A DNA stretch of 64,000 bases from a bacterium (GTDB lineage: Bacteria; UBA8248). Shown piece by piece: positions 1 through 10,000 of this stretch (position 1 is its first letter; each line of letters opens with the position of its first letter). Location: contig OZ242260.1 of NCBI GenBank assembly GCA_965207065.1, positions 3,744,001-3,808,000 on the forward strand, written 5' to 3'. The position numbers and the translations under genes are program-made. The notes under the pieces were generated by a model. That model was not told the DNA's origin. It worked only from the letters and a program-made list of their open reading frames with translations, and made no database searches.

Positions 1-3
1 ATT

Positions 4-1551
4 TTATGGATTCACTTCTTTCAACCGAATCGTAGGCAGGTAGATTCTCTCATCCGGTCTCGGCGTCCACTGTGTCCTCGCGCTCAGACCGAAAAAATCA
101 TACTGGTTCCAGAGAAACACCCATGGGCTATCCGCGCGAACAATGCGCTGCATCCGGTAGCTGATTCTTCTGCGCTCAGCGGGGTCGAACGTCTGACCGA
201 GCTTCTTGTAGTTTCGAATGAACTCGCGGTTTCTCCAGGCGGTGAGGTTCGCGAACAGGTTGGGCCTCAACACGCCCAAATCGAGCTCTTCGTTGAAGGC
301 GGAGCTGAACCCGTGAAAATACAAGGGCGCCAGCGTCTTTTTCCTTCTTCTCGCGAGGAAAACGGACCACTCCAGCGGAATCACCTCCACGTGGACGCCC
401 ACGGTTCGGAAATAAGCAGCCAAAAATTCAGATATCTCCTTTCCTTTCAGATACCTGGATGCAGGAACTTCAAGTTGTATCTCAAATGGTTTTCCATTCA
501 TTTCCAGCACGCCGTCCCCATTCGTGTCCTTAAGGCCGGCCTCGGCGAGGAGCGCCTTCGCCTTTCGGGGATCGTAGGCGTACGCCTTCATGTCCGGGGC
601 GGCGTTCGGGGGGTTCACGATGCTCCGCATCCGCGAACCGTGACCCAGAAAAACGTTTTTTGCGATTGCCTCGAAATCAATCGCATGATTCAGCGCCCGG
701 CGGATGCGTACATCGCCCAGCACCCCGTGATCCGTGCGAATCCCCAGGTAAATCCTGCGTCCTCCCCGAGTCCCTTTGAGCTGCAGACCTTCTCCTCTCG
801 CCAGGATGGTTTTCGACTGATCGGGCGAGATGTTCATAATAATGTCGGCCCCGCCCGTCTCAAGTTCCGCTATCCGGGCCGATGCCTCGGCCACCGGCCT
901 CCAGAACACTTTTTTTATCGCAGGCTTACCCCGCCACCAGCCCTTGTTGGCCGCCATCTCGATGCGGTCGTCCTTGATCCATTTCACCAGTTTGTAGGGC
1001 CCAGTTCCCACAGGTTTTTTCAACAATTCCTTGGGCGGAGTCGACGAATAATACCTGGGCGGCAGCATGAAAGCGTTGACCATCCAGACCGGCAGGGTGG
1101 CTACCGGACGCTTCGTGTGAATCTTCACGGTGTGGGAATCCACTTTTTCTATCCTGTCGAGGAATATCCGCCTGTACACCGTGATGCGCGGCTTCAGCTT
1201 CTTATCCCGCATCCGATCGAACGTATAGCGCACGGATTCTGCATCGAACGGCTCGCCGTTATGAAACTTCACACCCTTGCGGAGATGAAACGTCCAGACT
1301 TTTTTCGTCTCATCCACCTCCCAGCGCTCGGCCAGAGCGGGACCCAGCGTCATATCGCCGCGCCGCTCGATGAGCGGGTCGAACATGTTCATCAAGATGC
1401 TCCACTCGATGGTGGCGGTGGCGAAATGGGGGTCGAGCGTATTGGCCTCCACCGAGAGGATAACCGTGAAAGGCCCTTTTTTCGCTTCGCGGCCGCAGGC
1501 GGTGAGCGCCACGAGCAGCAGGCAAAATCCGCACAACAAGGCCCTTTTCAT
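4..1551 (-). CDS. Peptide/nickel ABC transporter substrate-binding lipoprotein (SBP family 5)
   Basis: Lipobox-like LTAC after signal peptide MKRALL (ATG 1551; the ORF track extends to 1575); LAERW..WTFHLRKGVKFHNG and PVGTGPYK motifs. Confidence 0.93.
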   Translation of the reverse strand: MKRALLCGFCLLLVALTACGREAKKGPFTVILSVEANTLDPHFATATIEWSILMNMFDPLIERRGDMTLGPALAERWEVDETKKVWTFHLRKGVKFHNGEPFDAESVRYTFDRMRDKKLKPRITVYRRIFLDRIEKVDSHTVKIHTKRPVATLPVWMVNAFMLPPRYYSSTPPKELLKKPVGTGPYKLVKWIKDDRIEMAANKGWWRGKPAIKKVFWRPVAEASARIAELETGGADIIMNISPDQSKTILARGEGLQLKGTRGGRRIYLGIRTDHGVLGDVRIRRALNHAIDFEAIAKNVFLGHGSRMRSIVNPPNAAPDMKAYAYDPRKAKALLAEAGLKDTNGDGVLEMNGKPFEIQLEVPASRYLKGKEISEFLAAYFRTVGVHVEVIPLEWSVFLARRRKKTLAPLYFHGFSSAFNEELDLGVLRPNLFANLTAWRNREFIRNYKKLGQTFDPAERRRISYRMQRIVRADSPWVFLWNQYDFFGLSARTQWTPRPDERIYLPTIRLKEVNP

Positions 1552-1580
1552 GCGCAAATTTCCTTCAAAAAGCAAAACGA

Positions 1581-2513
1581 CTACATATCATCGCCGAGGC
1601 GGGGGTCCATGTAATCCCGCAGCCAGTCGCCGATGAGGTTGATGCTCAAAACCGTCGCCATGATGGCGAGACCCGGAAAAGTCGCCATCCACCACGCGCC
1701 TCTCAGATATTCGCGCCCTTCGGAGAGCATGCCCCCCCAGGTGACGACAGAAGGCGGAACGCCGAGCCCCAGGAAACTGAGCGAGGATTCGGAAATAATG
1801 TTTCCCGCCACGGCGAAGGTGGCGATGACGATGAGAGGCGAGAGGGTGTTGGGCAGAATCTGCATGAACAATATGCGGTATACGGGATAGCCCAGGGCGT
1901 GGGTGGCCTCCACGAATTCGCGCTCCCTTATCGAGATGACCTGGCCTCTCACCACGCGGCCATACGCCACCCACCGGCTGATCCCCAGTACGATGATGAT
2001 GTTGAACAGGCCCGGCCCGATGACCGCCATGATCGTGATCGCCAGCAAAATAAAGGGAAACGCCAGTTGAATCTCGGAAAACCCGCTGATGAGATCGTCT
2101 ATTTTCCCGCCGAAAAAGCCGGAAACAAGACCCAGAACGATGCCGATCACCCCCGAAATCACCACCGAACTCAAGCCCACCAGAATGGAGACGCGGCCCC
2201 CGTAAATGAGCCGGCTCAGAATATCCCGGCCCAGCGCGTCGGTTCCCAGCATATAGCTCGCGCTTCCTCCCTCCATCCAAACGGGAGGCTTCAGACGCAG
2301 GTTCACGTCCACCTTACTCGGGTTTTGCGGCGCGATGAGAGGAGCCGTAAGGGAAAAGACGACCAGCATAATGAGGAAAACGCCGCCGAGCATCGCCGGT
2401 TTGGATCGCATCATGCTCCGTCGGAATATCTCCCACCTGAGCTCCGATTCCGACATCATGGGGTATACATCCGATTCAAAAGCAGATTCGGACATTGTTC
2501 TATCTTCGGACAT
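1581..2513 (-). CDS. Peptide ABC transporter permease (DppC/OppC-like)
   Basis: LGTDALGRDILSRLIYGGRVS; EAA-like loop EFVEATHALG; ESSLSFLGLG; GDWLRD. Confidence 0.93.
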   Translation of the reverse strand: MSEDRTMSESAFESDVYPMMSESELRWEIFRRSMMRSKPAMLGGVFLIMLVVFSLTAPLIAPQNPSKVDVNLRLKPPVWMEGGSASYMLGTDALGRDILSRLIYGGRVSILVGLSSVVISGVIGIVLGLVSGFFGGKIDDLISGFSEIQLAFPFILLAITIMAVIGPGLFNIIIVLGISRWVAYGRVVRGQVISIREREFVEATHALGYPVYRILFMQILPNTLSPLIVIATFAVAGNIISESSLSFLGLGVPPSVVTWGGMLSEGREYLRGAWWMATFPGLAIMATVLSINLIGDWLRDYMDPRLGDDM

Positions 2514-2665
2514 TCACCTGCTCTCGCGCCTCGGAGGCGGTAATTCGGGAGTTGATTCGCTTTGTATCCTAGCATAGCGCACTGTGAGTTGCAGAAAAAT
2601 TGTCAATACCGAAATGTCGAATTGTGTTGATATCCACAAGGCTATCGAATTAGAATCGCCTGTTT

Positions 2666-4159
2666 TTGAATTTTGGAGCCGCTTGGACAATTGTGAAGAT
2701 TCTCGGTGAAGGAATTCTCTCCTTGCCCTCCTACAATAAAGATAATTTCAATGAAGTGCTGATTTCCGCCGTTCCGGACGGATCGACGTTCGGTTTCCAG
2801 GGCCTGCGCGCAGTCGATTCGATCACCATGGAGAGCATCGTCCCCCTCGATTTCCTCATCGCCTGCGACTACGGACTCGACGGGCCTGAATGGGACAGGC
2901 GCCTGCGCTATTTCGCCGTGGAGCGCGGGCAAAACAAGCGCATCGTGTGGACGCACTCATCCCTCGTAGAAGCATACGAAGGAGCGTTGGGTTCGCAAAT
3001 TCGGAAATTTCTCTCAATTGGAGATGCTCCCCGGTACGTCATCCCCTACCGCTCCACGGAATTCCTCGGCAAACTCGCAGAAGAAGCCGATGGCAGGCTC
3101 CGCATCCTGGCGAATCCGGTGGAAATCAAGACGAGATTCGACGACAAAATTTCCTTCCGGCGCCGGGCCGTCGAAGCGGGGTTCGCCGTTCCACCGGGCG
3201 ACGTGGTGGCGTTGGGCGAACTTGGGCCCAATCAAATCGAGCAATTCGGGCCTGTCATGATCATTTCGGAGCAAATCGGCTCCTCAGGCAACCAGACGCA
3301 CCTCATCGACTCACCCGAGGCGCTCGCGAATAAACGCGATGAACTCATCGAAAAGCTGGGAGCCGATGCGCCGGTGATCGTCAGTACGTTTCTAAGCGGG
3401 CCCGCCGTCGGCACGGCGGGGCTGATTTATGGCGGCAAACCCTGGATGTCTCATCCTTCGGTGATGTTCACGGGCATCCCCGGCTGTTCAATGCACCGCT
3501 TCGATTACGCCGGAAGCGACTATGCGGCGTATCGGCTGGTTTCCGAAAAGAGCCGGCGAAAAATCGAGGAATTCACTCTGAAAATCGGAGAATGGATAGC
3601 CGAGGCGGGCTACCGGGGTATATACGGCGTCGATTTCATCGTCCATCAGGACGAACCCTACGCCCTCGAACTCAACCCTCGCGTGCTGGGAACCACGCAA
3701 CTGATGACCGAACTCGAGGAAAAACACAGCAGCGCACCCACCACCACCTACTGGCATCTGGCCGAATTCCTGAATCCGGACGCCGCTCTCGACGCGCATC
3801 AGGATCTGCTCGCCGAACTCAGCCGACCGGATTTATCCGGTTACCAGCTTTTGATTCGAAACACGAGGAGCTCGAAAATGAGAATCGGCCATTCGCTGGA
3901 GCCCGGCATCTACACCATCCAGAATGGGAGGCCTGAATTCATCCGGCGAGGCTTCCGCCTGAGCGACGTTCAAGGGCAGGATGAGGTGCTCGTCACTTGC
4001 TCTCCTCCGGCGAAAGGCACCATAGTAGAGCCGAGGGGAGCGTTCTGTAAGCTTGAGGGCGTCTCATCCATCTATGAAGGGGAAGAAGAGCAGATATCCT
4101 CCGCCGCCCGGGAAATGATAGATGTATTCACGCGCAGTCTCGCTCTTTCTCCCGCTTAG
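2666..4159 (+). CDS. ATP-grasp-fold protein, probable peptide/amide ligase (start uncertain)
   Basis: FDDKISFR, GSSGNQT loop, GYRGIYGVDFIV, ALELNPR (ExN). Confidence 0.75.
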   Translation: MNFGAAWTIVKILGEGILSLPSYNKDNFNEVLISAVPDGSTFGFQGLRAVDSITMESIVPLDFLIACDYGLDGPEWDRRLRYFAVERGQNKRIVWTHSSLVEAYEGALGSQIRKFLSIGDAPRYVIPYRSTEFLGKLAEEADGRLRILANPVEIKTRFDDKISFRRRAVEAGFAVPPGDVVALGELGPNQIEQFGPVMIISEQIGSSGNQTHLIDSPEALANKRDELIEKLGADAPVIVSTFLSGPAVGTAGLIYGGKPWMSHPSVMFTGIPGCSMHRFDYAGSDYAAYRLVSEKSRRKIEEFTLKIGEWIAEAGYRGIYGVDFIVHQDEPYALELNPRVLGTTQLMTELEEKHSSAPTTTYWHLAEFLNPDAALDAHQDLLAELSRPDLSGYQLLIRNTRSSKMRIGHSLEPGIYTIQNGRPEFIRRGFRLSDVQGQDEVLVTCSPPAKGTIVEPRGAFCKLEGVSSIYEGEEEQISSAAREMIDVFTRSLALSPA

Positions 4160-4172
4160 GACTTGGTGAAAA

Positions 4173-5342
4173 TTGAAACCAGATTTATTCGCATCCACCA
4201 CCCGAGGATTGTTTCTGTCGCCTGAAAGCCCATTTACGTTTGAGGGGGAATTCACACCCGACCCCAGGCCCGTTCCCTCAAACGGAATCGCGCTGGGCGA
4301 AGTCGTCGCGACGCCCAAGAACGCTCCCATCGATCGCCTGGAATCACTCGAAGTCCTCCGGGGAACGCAGGACGCCTGGAATACGAGCGAAATTAAATTG
4401 CGCGAAAAAATGAACGTGGCCGTTGCGATCGGCGGGCGCTATGCGAATCGCAGCATTTCGGGCCGAGAGCCGGACTCGCCCGCAGAGCCCGGAGCCGTAC
4501 TCGACCTGTTGAACGTCGGCGGCGTCTGCGGGATCCGCGCGAACCCCGAAACGCCGTGCGTCAAAATAGAGGTGAAAGGGGGCGTCTCGCTTCGAGGCGA
4601 ACCCGCTCAGCTTTCCCATCTCCCCGTCATCCCCGATACAAGGTGCCCCGTGGATGAAGAGGGAATTCCCTGCGCTCCCATCATCCTGGTGACCGGCTCC
4701 GAGATGGACGTGGGTAAAACGACATGCGCCTCTTCGCTCGCCTCCGCCCTTCACTCTTCGGGCATCCACGTCTCATACGTGAAACTCACCGGAACCGGCC
4801 GGATGCGGGATCTCATGCAGGTGAACTACGGAAGGCCGCTCGGGTTTTTCGACTCGGCGAGACTCGGCTGGGATTTCGTCGATGCGGGTCTTGCTTCCAC
4901 GTGCGGCGTCCCTGGACACAGGGTCAGGCGATGCGCCCAAAACCTGCTTCGCCACGCATGCGCGAAGGCGGAAATCGTAATTGCGGAACTGGCGGATTCT
5001 CCCTCATCGGACGCCAGCCTTCACGTAGCGAGCGACCCATGGGTCAGAGACTGGCTCGCGCGCAGGGGTCTGTTAATCTGCGCATGTGATACGCTGGAAT
5101 CAACACTCATCGTTCATTGGATTAGAAGCCACCTGGGGGTGGATGAGGAGAACATGCTGATTTCCGGAAGGCTCGCCAACGAAGCGCACGCGCGCGAGGA
5201 GGCGTACCGGATGACGGGGATACGCGCCTTGAGCTGCATCGCCCCGAACCCCACCTCCCTTGCAACCGACAATGCCGTGGGCGGCGCCATTGCGGACTGG
5301 GTGATCAAACACTTCATGCGTCAGCGCAAGTCGGTGTTCTAG
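4173..5342 (+). CDS. DUF1611-like P-loop protein
   Basis: ILVTGSEMDVGKTT Walker A, VKLTGTG, DFVDAGLAST, N-terminal GGRYA and GGVCG segments. Confidence 0.7.
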   Translation: MKPDLFASTTRGLFLSPESPFTFEGEFTPDPRPVPSNGIALGEVVATPKNAPIDRLESLEVLRGTQDAWNTSEIKLREKMNVAVAIGGRYANRSISGREPDSPAEPGAVLDLLNVGGVCGIRANPETPCVKIEVKGGVSLRGEPAQLSHLPVIPDTRCPVDEEGIPCAPIILVTGSEMDVGKTTCASSLASALHSSGIHVSYVKLTGTGRMRDLMQVNYGRPLGFFDSARLGWDFVDAGLASTCGVPGHRVRRCAQNLLRHACAKAEIVIAELADSPSSDASLHVASDPWVRDWLARRGLLICACDTLESTLIVHWIRSHLGVDEENMLISGRLANEAHAREEAYRMTGIRALSCIAPNPTSLATDNAVGGAIADWVIKHFMRQRKSVF

Positions 5343-5359
5343 GTCTCGAGAGCGAAACC

Positions 5360-6976
5360 TTGGCCTCACGTAAAACATTCAACCATCCCCGAATCGCACG
5401 TGAACCCTCTCTCTACCATCTCACGCCCGATGCAAGCGGCGGCGCCTGGGATCTGTACCGCGTGAGCCAGGAGTTCGATTCGATTGAAGGTGATCTGAAC
5501 GAAACGCTAATCGAAAGCCTCAACCACTGGGCGTCGCGCGAGCCCCGTTTCACAGACTTGCGCATTCTGGAAGACTCGCCACCCATTCAACGCCCGGGAG
5601 AAATCCTTTTGCTGGACGGCTCCCCGAGCCGACTGCCCCTCACCATGGAAACGGCGCGCGTAATGAGAGCGCACTTGAAGCAACTCGGGCTGTCCATCCC
5701 CGTCAGGGTACTGAACCGGCGCGAAGAACTTCTGGCGCGCGCCGCAAAGGCACCGAAAGAACTGCTCGTCATCAGTCAGACCGCCCAGAGAAGCCTCTAC
5801 GACGCGACCCTCGCCAAGGTTCTGGAGGAGCGGGGAATCGTCGTGGCGCCGGGGTCTCTCACCGCTCCCGGCGGGCCGCTCTCCAACAAGAAAACCACCT
5901 ATGAACTCCTGAATGGAAACGGCGAGAACGTCCAAAACCCGAAATCGGACGGGCATGGACATCGGCTGACAGCCCGCTATGAAGTGGTGGAATTAAACGG
6001 GGGAAGACCTGCGGACACCGCCGCCGCCATCCTGGATTCCGCCTCCGCCTTGTCGCAGAAATGGGGGGCGGGGACTTTCTTCGTCAAACCGCAAGAAGGC
6101 GGCGGGGGACGTGGATGTTTCCGGCTGGACGTCTACCCCAACGGGTTCGGGATGCCGGATTTAAGCAGGCTCGGCGTAGCGGCGGAACATGCGACACCCC
6201 TGCCCTTGTCCCTTGACGCGGAAAACCCCTATCACCTCCAGGCGATGGACTGGCTTGTTCAACGCTTCCAGGCCAGCCCTGCGACTTCGAGAGCCTATAT
6301 CAAGACCCAAAGGGTGGAAGGCGGCTCTTCACCGGACGTTTTGGGGGAAATGCTCAGGAACTGCGCGCCCAGACTCGAATCCGAACTGCGCGAAGCATCC
6401 CGCTCCCGGGAGGATTCGATTCGCCTCCTGGCGAGCGCCATCGAAAACTACGAGCAGGTATTCGACACGCGCTATCTGCCGCTGATATGCAACTGGATCG
6501 ATTTCGGCCTGTTCAGCATCCGCGTGCATCTGAGACTCAGCCGCGAGGGAATCGTTGTGGAAACGATCTACGCCCGGCTATTTCCGGTGGAATTCTCGGA
6601 TGATTCGGTCGGGGTCGTCGGCGTGGACAGCATTACGAACCGCACGGAGGGAGGCATGGAACTGAACCGCTATGCGCCATTGTTACCCCCTCTGGTCGCA
6701 TACGCGGGAGGCGCGGAGAGATTGTGCGAGAAGATTCGCGGCGCTTTTGACGCGTTCGCGCGCTTTTTGTCCCTCCTCGACCCCGGGGAGCGCGGCAGAG
6801 TGCCAGTTCGGGCCGAATTCGACCTATCGCCGCTCAACGGCCTGATCGCCGAGGGCAACGCCGACCCCGTCCGCGCCCAATGCGCCAACAGCCGCTGGGA
6901 AAGGTTCAGCGAAAACTGCGCGCAGTGGACGGATGACGCCTTGTCGTTCTACTCATGGAAATCTCAAAAAGTCTAA
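5360..6976 (+). CDS. Divergent ATP-grasp-fold protein
   Basis: SNKKTTYELL, FFVKPQEGGGGRGCF, EFDL..LIAEGNADP (ExN); long insertion between the B and C subdomains. Confidence 0.65.
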   Translation: MASRKTFNHPRIAREPSLYHLTPDASGGAWDLYRVSQEFDSIEGDLNETLIESLNHWASREPRFTDLRILEDSPPIQRPGEILLLDGSPSRLPLTMETARVMRAHLKQLGLSIPVRVLNRREELLARAAKAPKELLVISQTAQRSLYDATLAKVLEERGIVVAPGSLTAPGGPLSNKKTTYELLNGNGENVQNPKSDGHGHRLTARYEVVELNGGRPADTAAAILDSASALSQKWGAGTFFVKPQEGGGGRGCFRLDVYPNGFGMPDLSRLGVAAEHATPLPLSLDAENPYHLQAMDWLVQRFQASPATSRAYIKTQRVEGGSSPDVLGEMLRNCAPRLESELREASRSREDSIRLLASAIENYEQVFDTRYLPLICNWIDFGLFSIRVHLRLSREGIVVETIYARLFPVEFSDDSVGVVGVDSITNRTEGGMELNRYAPLLPPLVAYAGGAERLCEKIRGAFDAFARFLSLLDPGERGRVPVRAEFDLSPLNGLIAEGNADPVRAQCANSRWERFSENCAQWTDDALSFYSWKSQKV

Positions 6977-7065
6977 GCTAGAATCAACCTGTTCAGCACA
7001 GCCTGCGTTCCGGAAATCCCAGAGGGCGGGATACACGCGAAGGACCCTCATCCACCGCTCTACAA

Positions 7066-10000
7066 GTGATTGACATGGCGAAACTCCTCAAAAAAGCCTT
7101 CAACATCCAGGAAGAGGAGTTGCTCGTCTTCTCGGTATTCTTTTTCTTCTACTTCCTGATCGGGGTCCAGTTCTCCATCGGGCTCACCGTATCCGAAGCC
7201 CTGTTCCTCTCGGAAGTCGGCCCGGGCTTTCTCCCCTATATGTATATATTCAACGCCCTGATGATCATCTTCATCAGCACTTTCTACTCCTCGCTCACAG
7301 AAAAACTCTCGATTCCGGCGATGTTCAAGACCGTCTTGATCTTTTTCATCGCGCTCGTCTTCGGCATCAAATTGCTTATATTCGCCGATTTCCGCGCCTA
7401 TGCGATGCCGATCGCGTTTCCGCTTCTCCACACGCTGTTCGTCATGTTCACGAACATGCTGCCGAACAATTTCCGTGCCCTTTACGGCCAGTACCTGGAC
7501 GTTTTGCAATCCAAGCGGCTCGTTCCGATCATCCTCACCGGGGGGCGCTACGGCGGTATAGTGGGCGGTCTGGCGATTCCGCTCCTGATCCCCGTACTTG
7601 GGAGCGTCTCGAACCTGCTCTATATATGGATCGGCGCCATCGTCGTCAGCATCGGGGTGGTGCAGTACGCAGAATGGCGGCTCAGAGACCATCTCATCGA
7701 AGACGCGGGCCCAAAAAAACGCAAAACGACGAAGAAGACGGCATCAAAAGGCGGCAATCTCGCACTGATGAAGTCGAACAAATATGTCTGCGCGTTCGCG
7801 CTTTTCAGCTTCATCGTTGTGATTCTCAGGAGTTTTCAGGATTTCCAGTACAGCCTCATCTTCCGCGAGGTTTATCCCGATCGCGCGCAACTCGCCTCGT
7901 TCCTCGGGTATTTCACCGCCATCGGGAGCGCCTTCTCGCTGCTCGTGCAGACGTTCATCACCCCGCGCATCATCAAGCGGCTCGGACTGGGAACGGCGAA
8001 CCTCCTCTACCCGCTCACGACCATCATCGGCCTTGCCGGCATGGCGATTTCGCCCGGTTTCTATTCCGCCGTCTTCCTGCGCTTCAACAACAAGAATCTC
8101 CAGGAATCGATTCGAAACGCCATCAACGCCCTGCTCTATAACGCCGTCTCCCCCTCGATCCGCGCGCGCGTGGGCGCGTTCGTCGCCGGCCAGGTGGTCG
8201 CCGTGGCCAGCATCGTCAGCGGCGTCACCCTGCTCATCATCAAACCCACCGGCCTCGCCCTATTCCCCCTGAGCGCAGGCCAATTGGCGCTCATCTCCCT
8301 GTTCATCGCGTTCGCCTATCTCGCCACAGGCTTCTTCGTGCGCCATGAATACGGCGCCGCGCTGCGCCGAATGCTCGAGGAGCGAAACCTGGGGCTGTTC
8401 CGCTACGCCCAGGAGGGATACGGCCCGGTTGACGATGAGAACATGGCGATACTCAGAAAAAACATCCGCGAGGGGGATGACGATCTTAGCGTCTTCACGG
8501 CACAGATGATGGCGGAAAGCGGCAGAAGCGAAACCAGTCAAATTATTCTCGAAGAAGTCCCCCGGCGGAAAGGACATGCGGCGGCCGAGTTGCTGAAAAT
8601 TCTCGCCAAGGCGCCCGGCGCCGAAGTGGGCGAGAAAATACGGCCCCTGCTGGAGGAATACCTCACTTGCGAGGAGCCCGTCCTGCAGTGCGCCGCCATG
8701 GATGCGGCCGAATCCATCGGACTGACGGAGGAAACGGCGGAACTGGTTCACGAGAACCTGGAGAGCGGCTCCCCCGAAGTCAGGGCGCGCGCCGTCGAGC
8801 TGCTTGTACGCTCCGATGACCTGTTCTGGCTCGCCAACGGCCTCCAAACGCTCCACCGGATGCTGAACGAAGAAGACGCGGCGGCCAGAGTCTGCGCCCT
8901 CAGGTGCATGGGAGAGCTCCAGAATCCGCGCTTCATCAAACGGTTGATTCCCTATCTCTACCAGAACGAGGAGAAAGTCCGCGAAGCCGCTTTGGAGGCG
9001 ATAGAAGTTCTGGCCATGAACCAGGGGGTCGATGAGGAGAGCATGGACGAAGTCATCCGGGTGACCACCTCGGATGAGAGTGCGGCCATCAGGCGAAGAG
9101 GCGTCCGGCAACTGGGCAACAAAGGCACGCGGGAGAATTTCGAACGCGCCCTGACCGCTCTTTCGGACGTCGATTCTCTGGTGAGGCGAGAGGCCGTCGA
9201 ATCGCTCAAGAACATGAAGCGAAAAGGAACCCTCTCTCTCGAAGGCTCCGGTCTTGTATCGTTCATCGCTCCGCTGTTGTTCAAAAGCGCGAAAAACGGC
9301 TCCCGCGAGATGAGCGAGCAGGAAATCGTGGACTCCCTCTCCGGGTTCGCAGTCGAACACCTGAAGGAGGTGTATGACGTCATCAATCACCTGCACGTCA
9401 TCGAACGCCGGGAAAACGTATCCGCCTTCACGATGTTAAGAAAAGCGCTCGAAGACGTCGTCGCGGAAAGACAACTCGTCCTGCTGGAATTGCTGGGGGT
9501 GATAGGGGACGAGAAAACGGTGGACACCGTGTCGGAGTCCCTCTCCCGGGGCGGCTCCTCATCGAGAGCGATCGCCATCGAGACGCTCTCGAACTTCTCC
9601 TCGACAGGAAATACGAGACTCCTGATTCTGGCCCTGGAGCCTCTGTTGCTCGGCAGATCGACCGCCGATAAGGTTTCCGAGGGCAGGAAACTATGGGAGA
9701 TACCCGAAAAATCGATCGATGAGGTTCTGACGACCTACATGGATTCCGAGAACGCGTGGCTGGAAGCCATCGCCGTGGATGCGGCGGGCAAACATCTTGC
9801 CGGCGAAGCGGATGGAGAAACCGCCTCGCGGCGCGCGCAGTTCAAGGAGCGGGCAACCGAGGGCGACCCGTACGTCCGTGAGGCCGCGGTTGCCGCTTTA
9901 AGAATAATCAAGAAAGATGAAGACGACGTTGTGTCGTTATTCAGAACCCTGGAAAATGACGAGAGTCAACAGGTTCGCCTTCAGGTACGCCGCGAACTCC

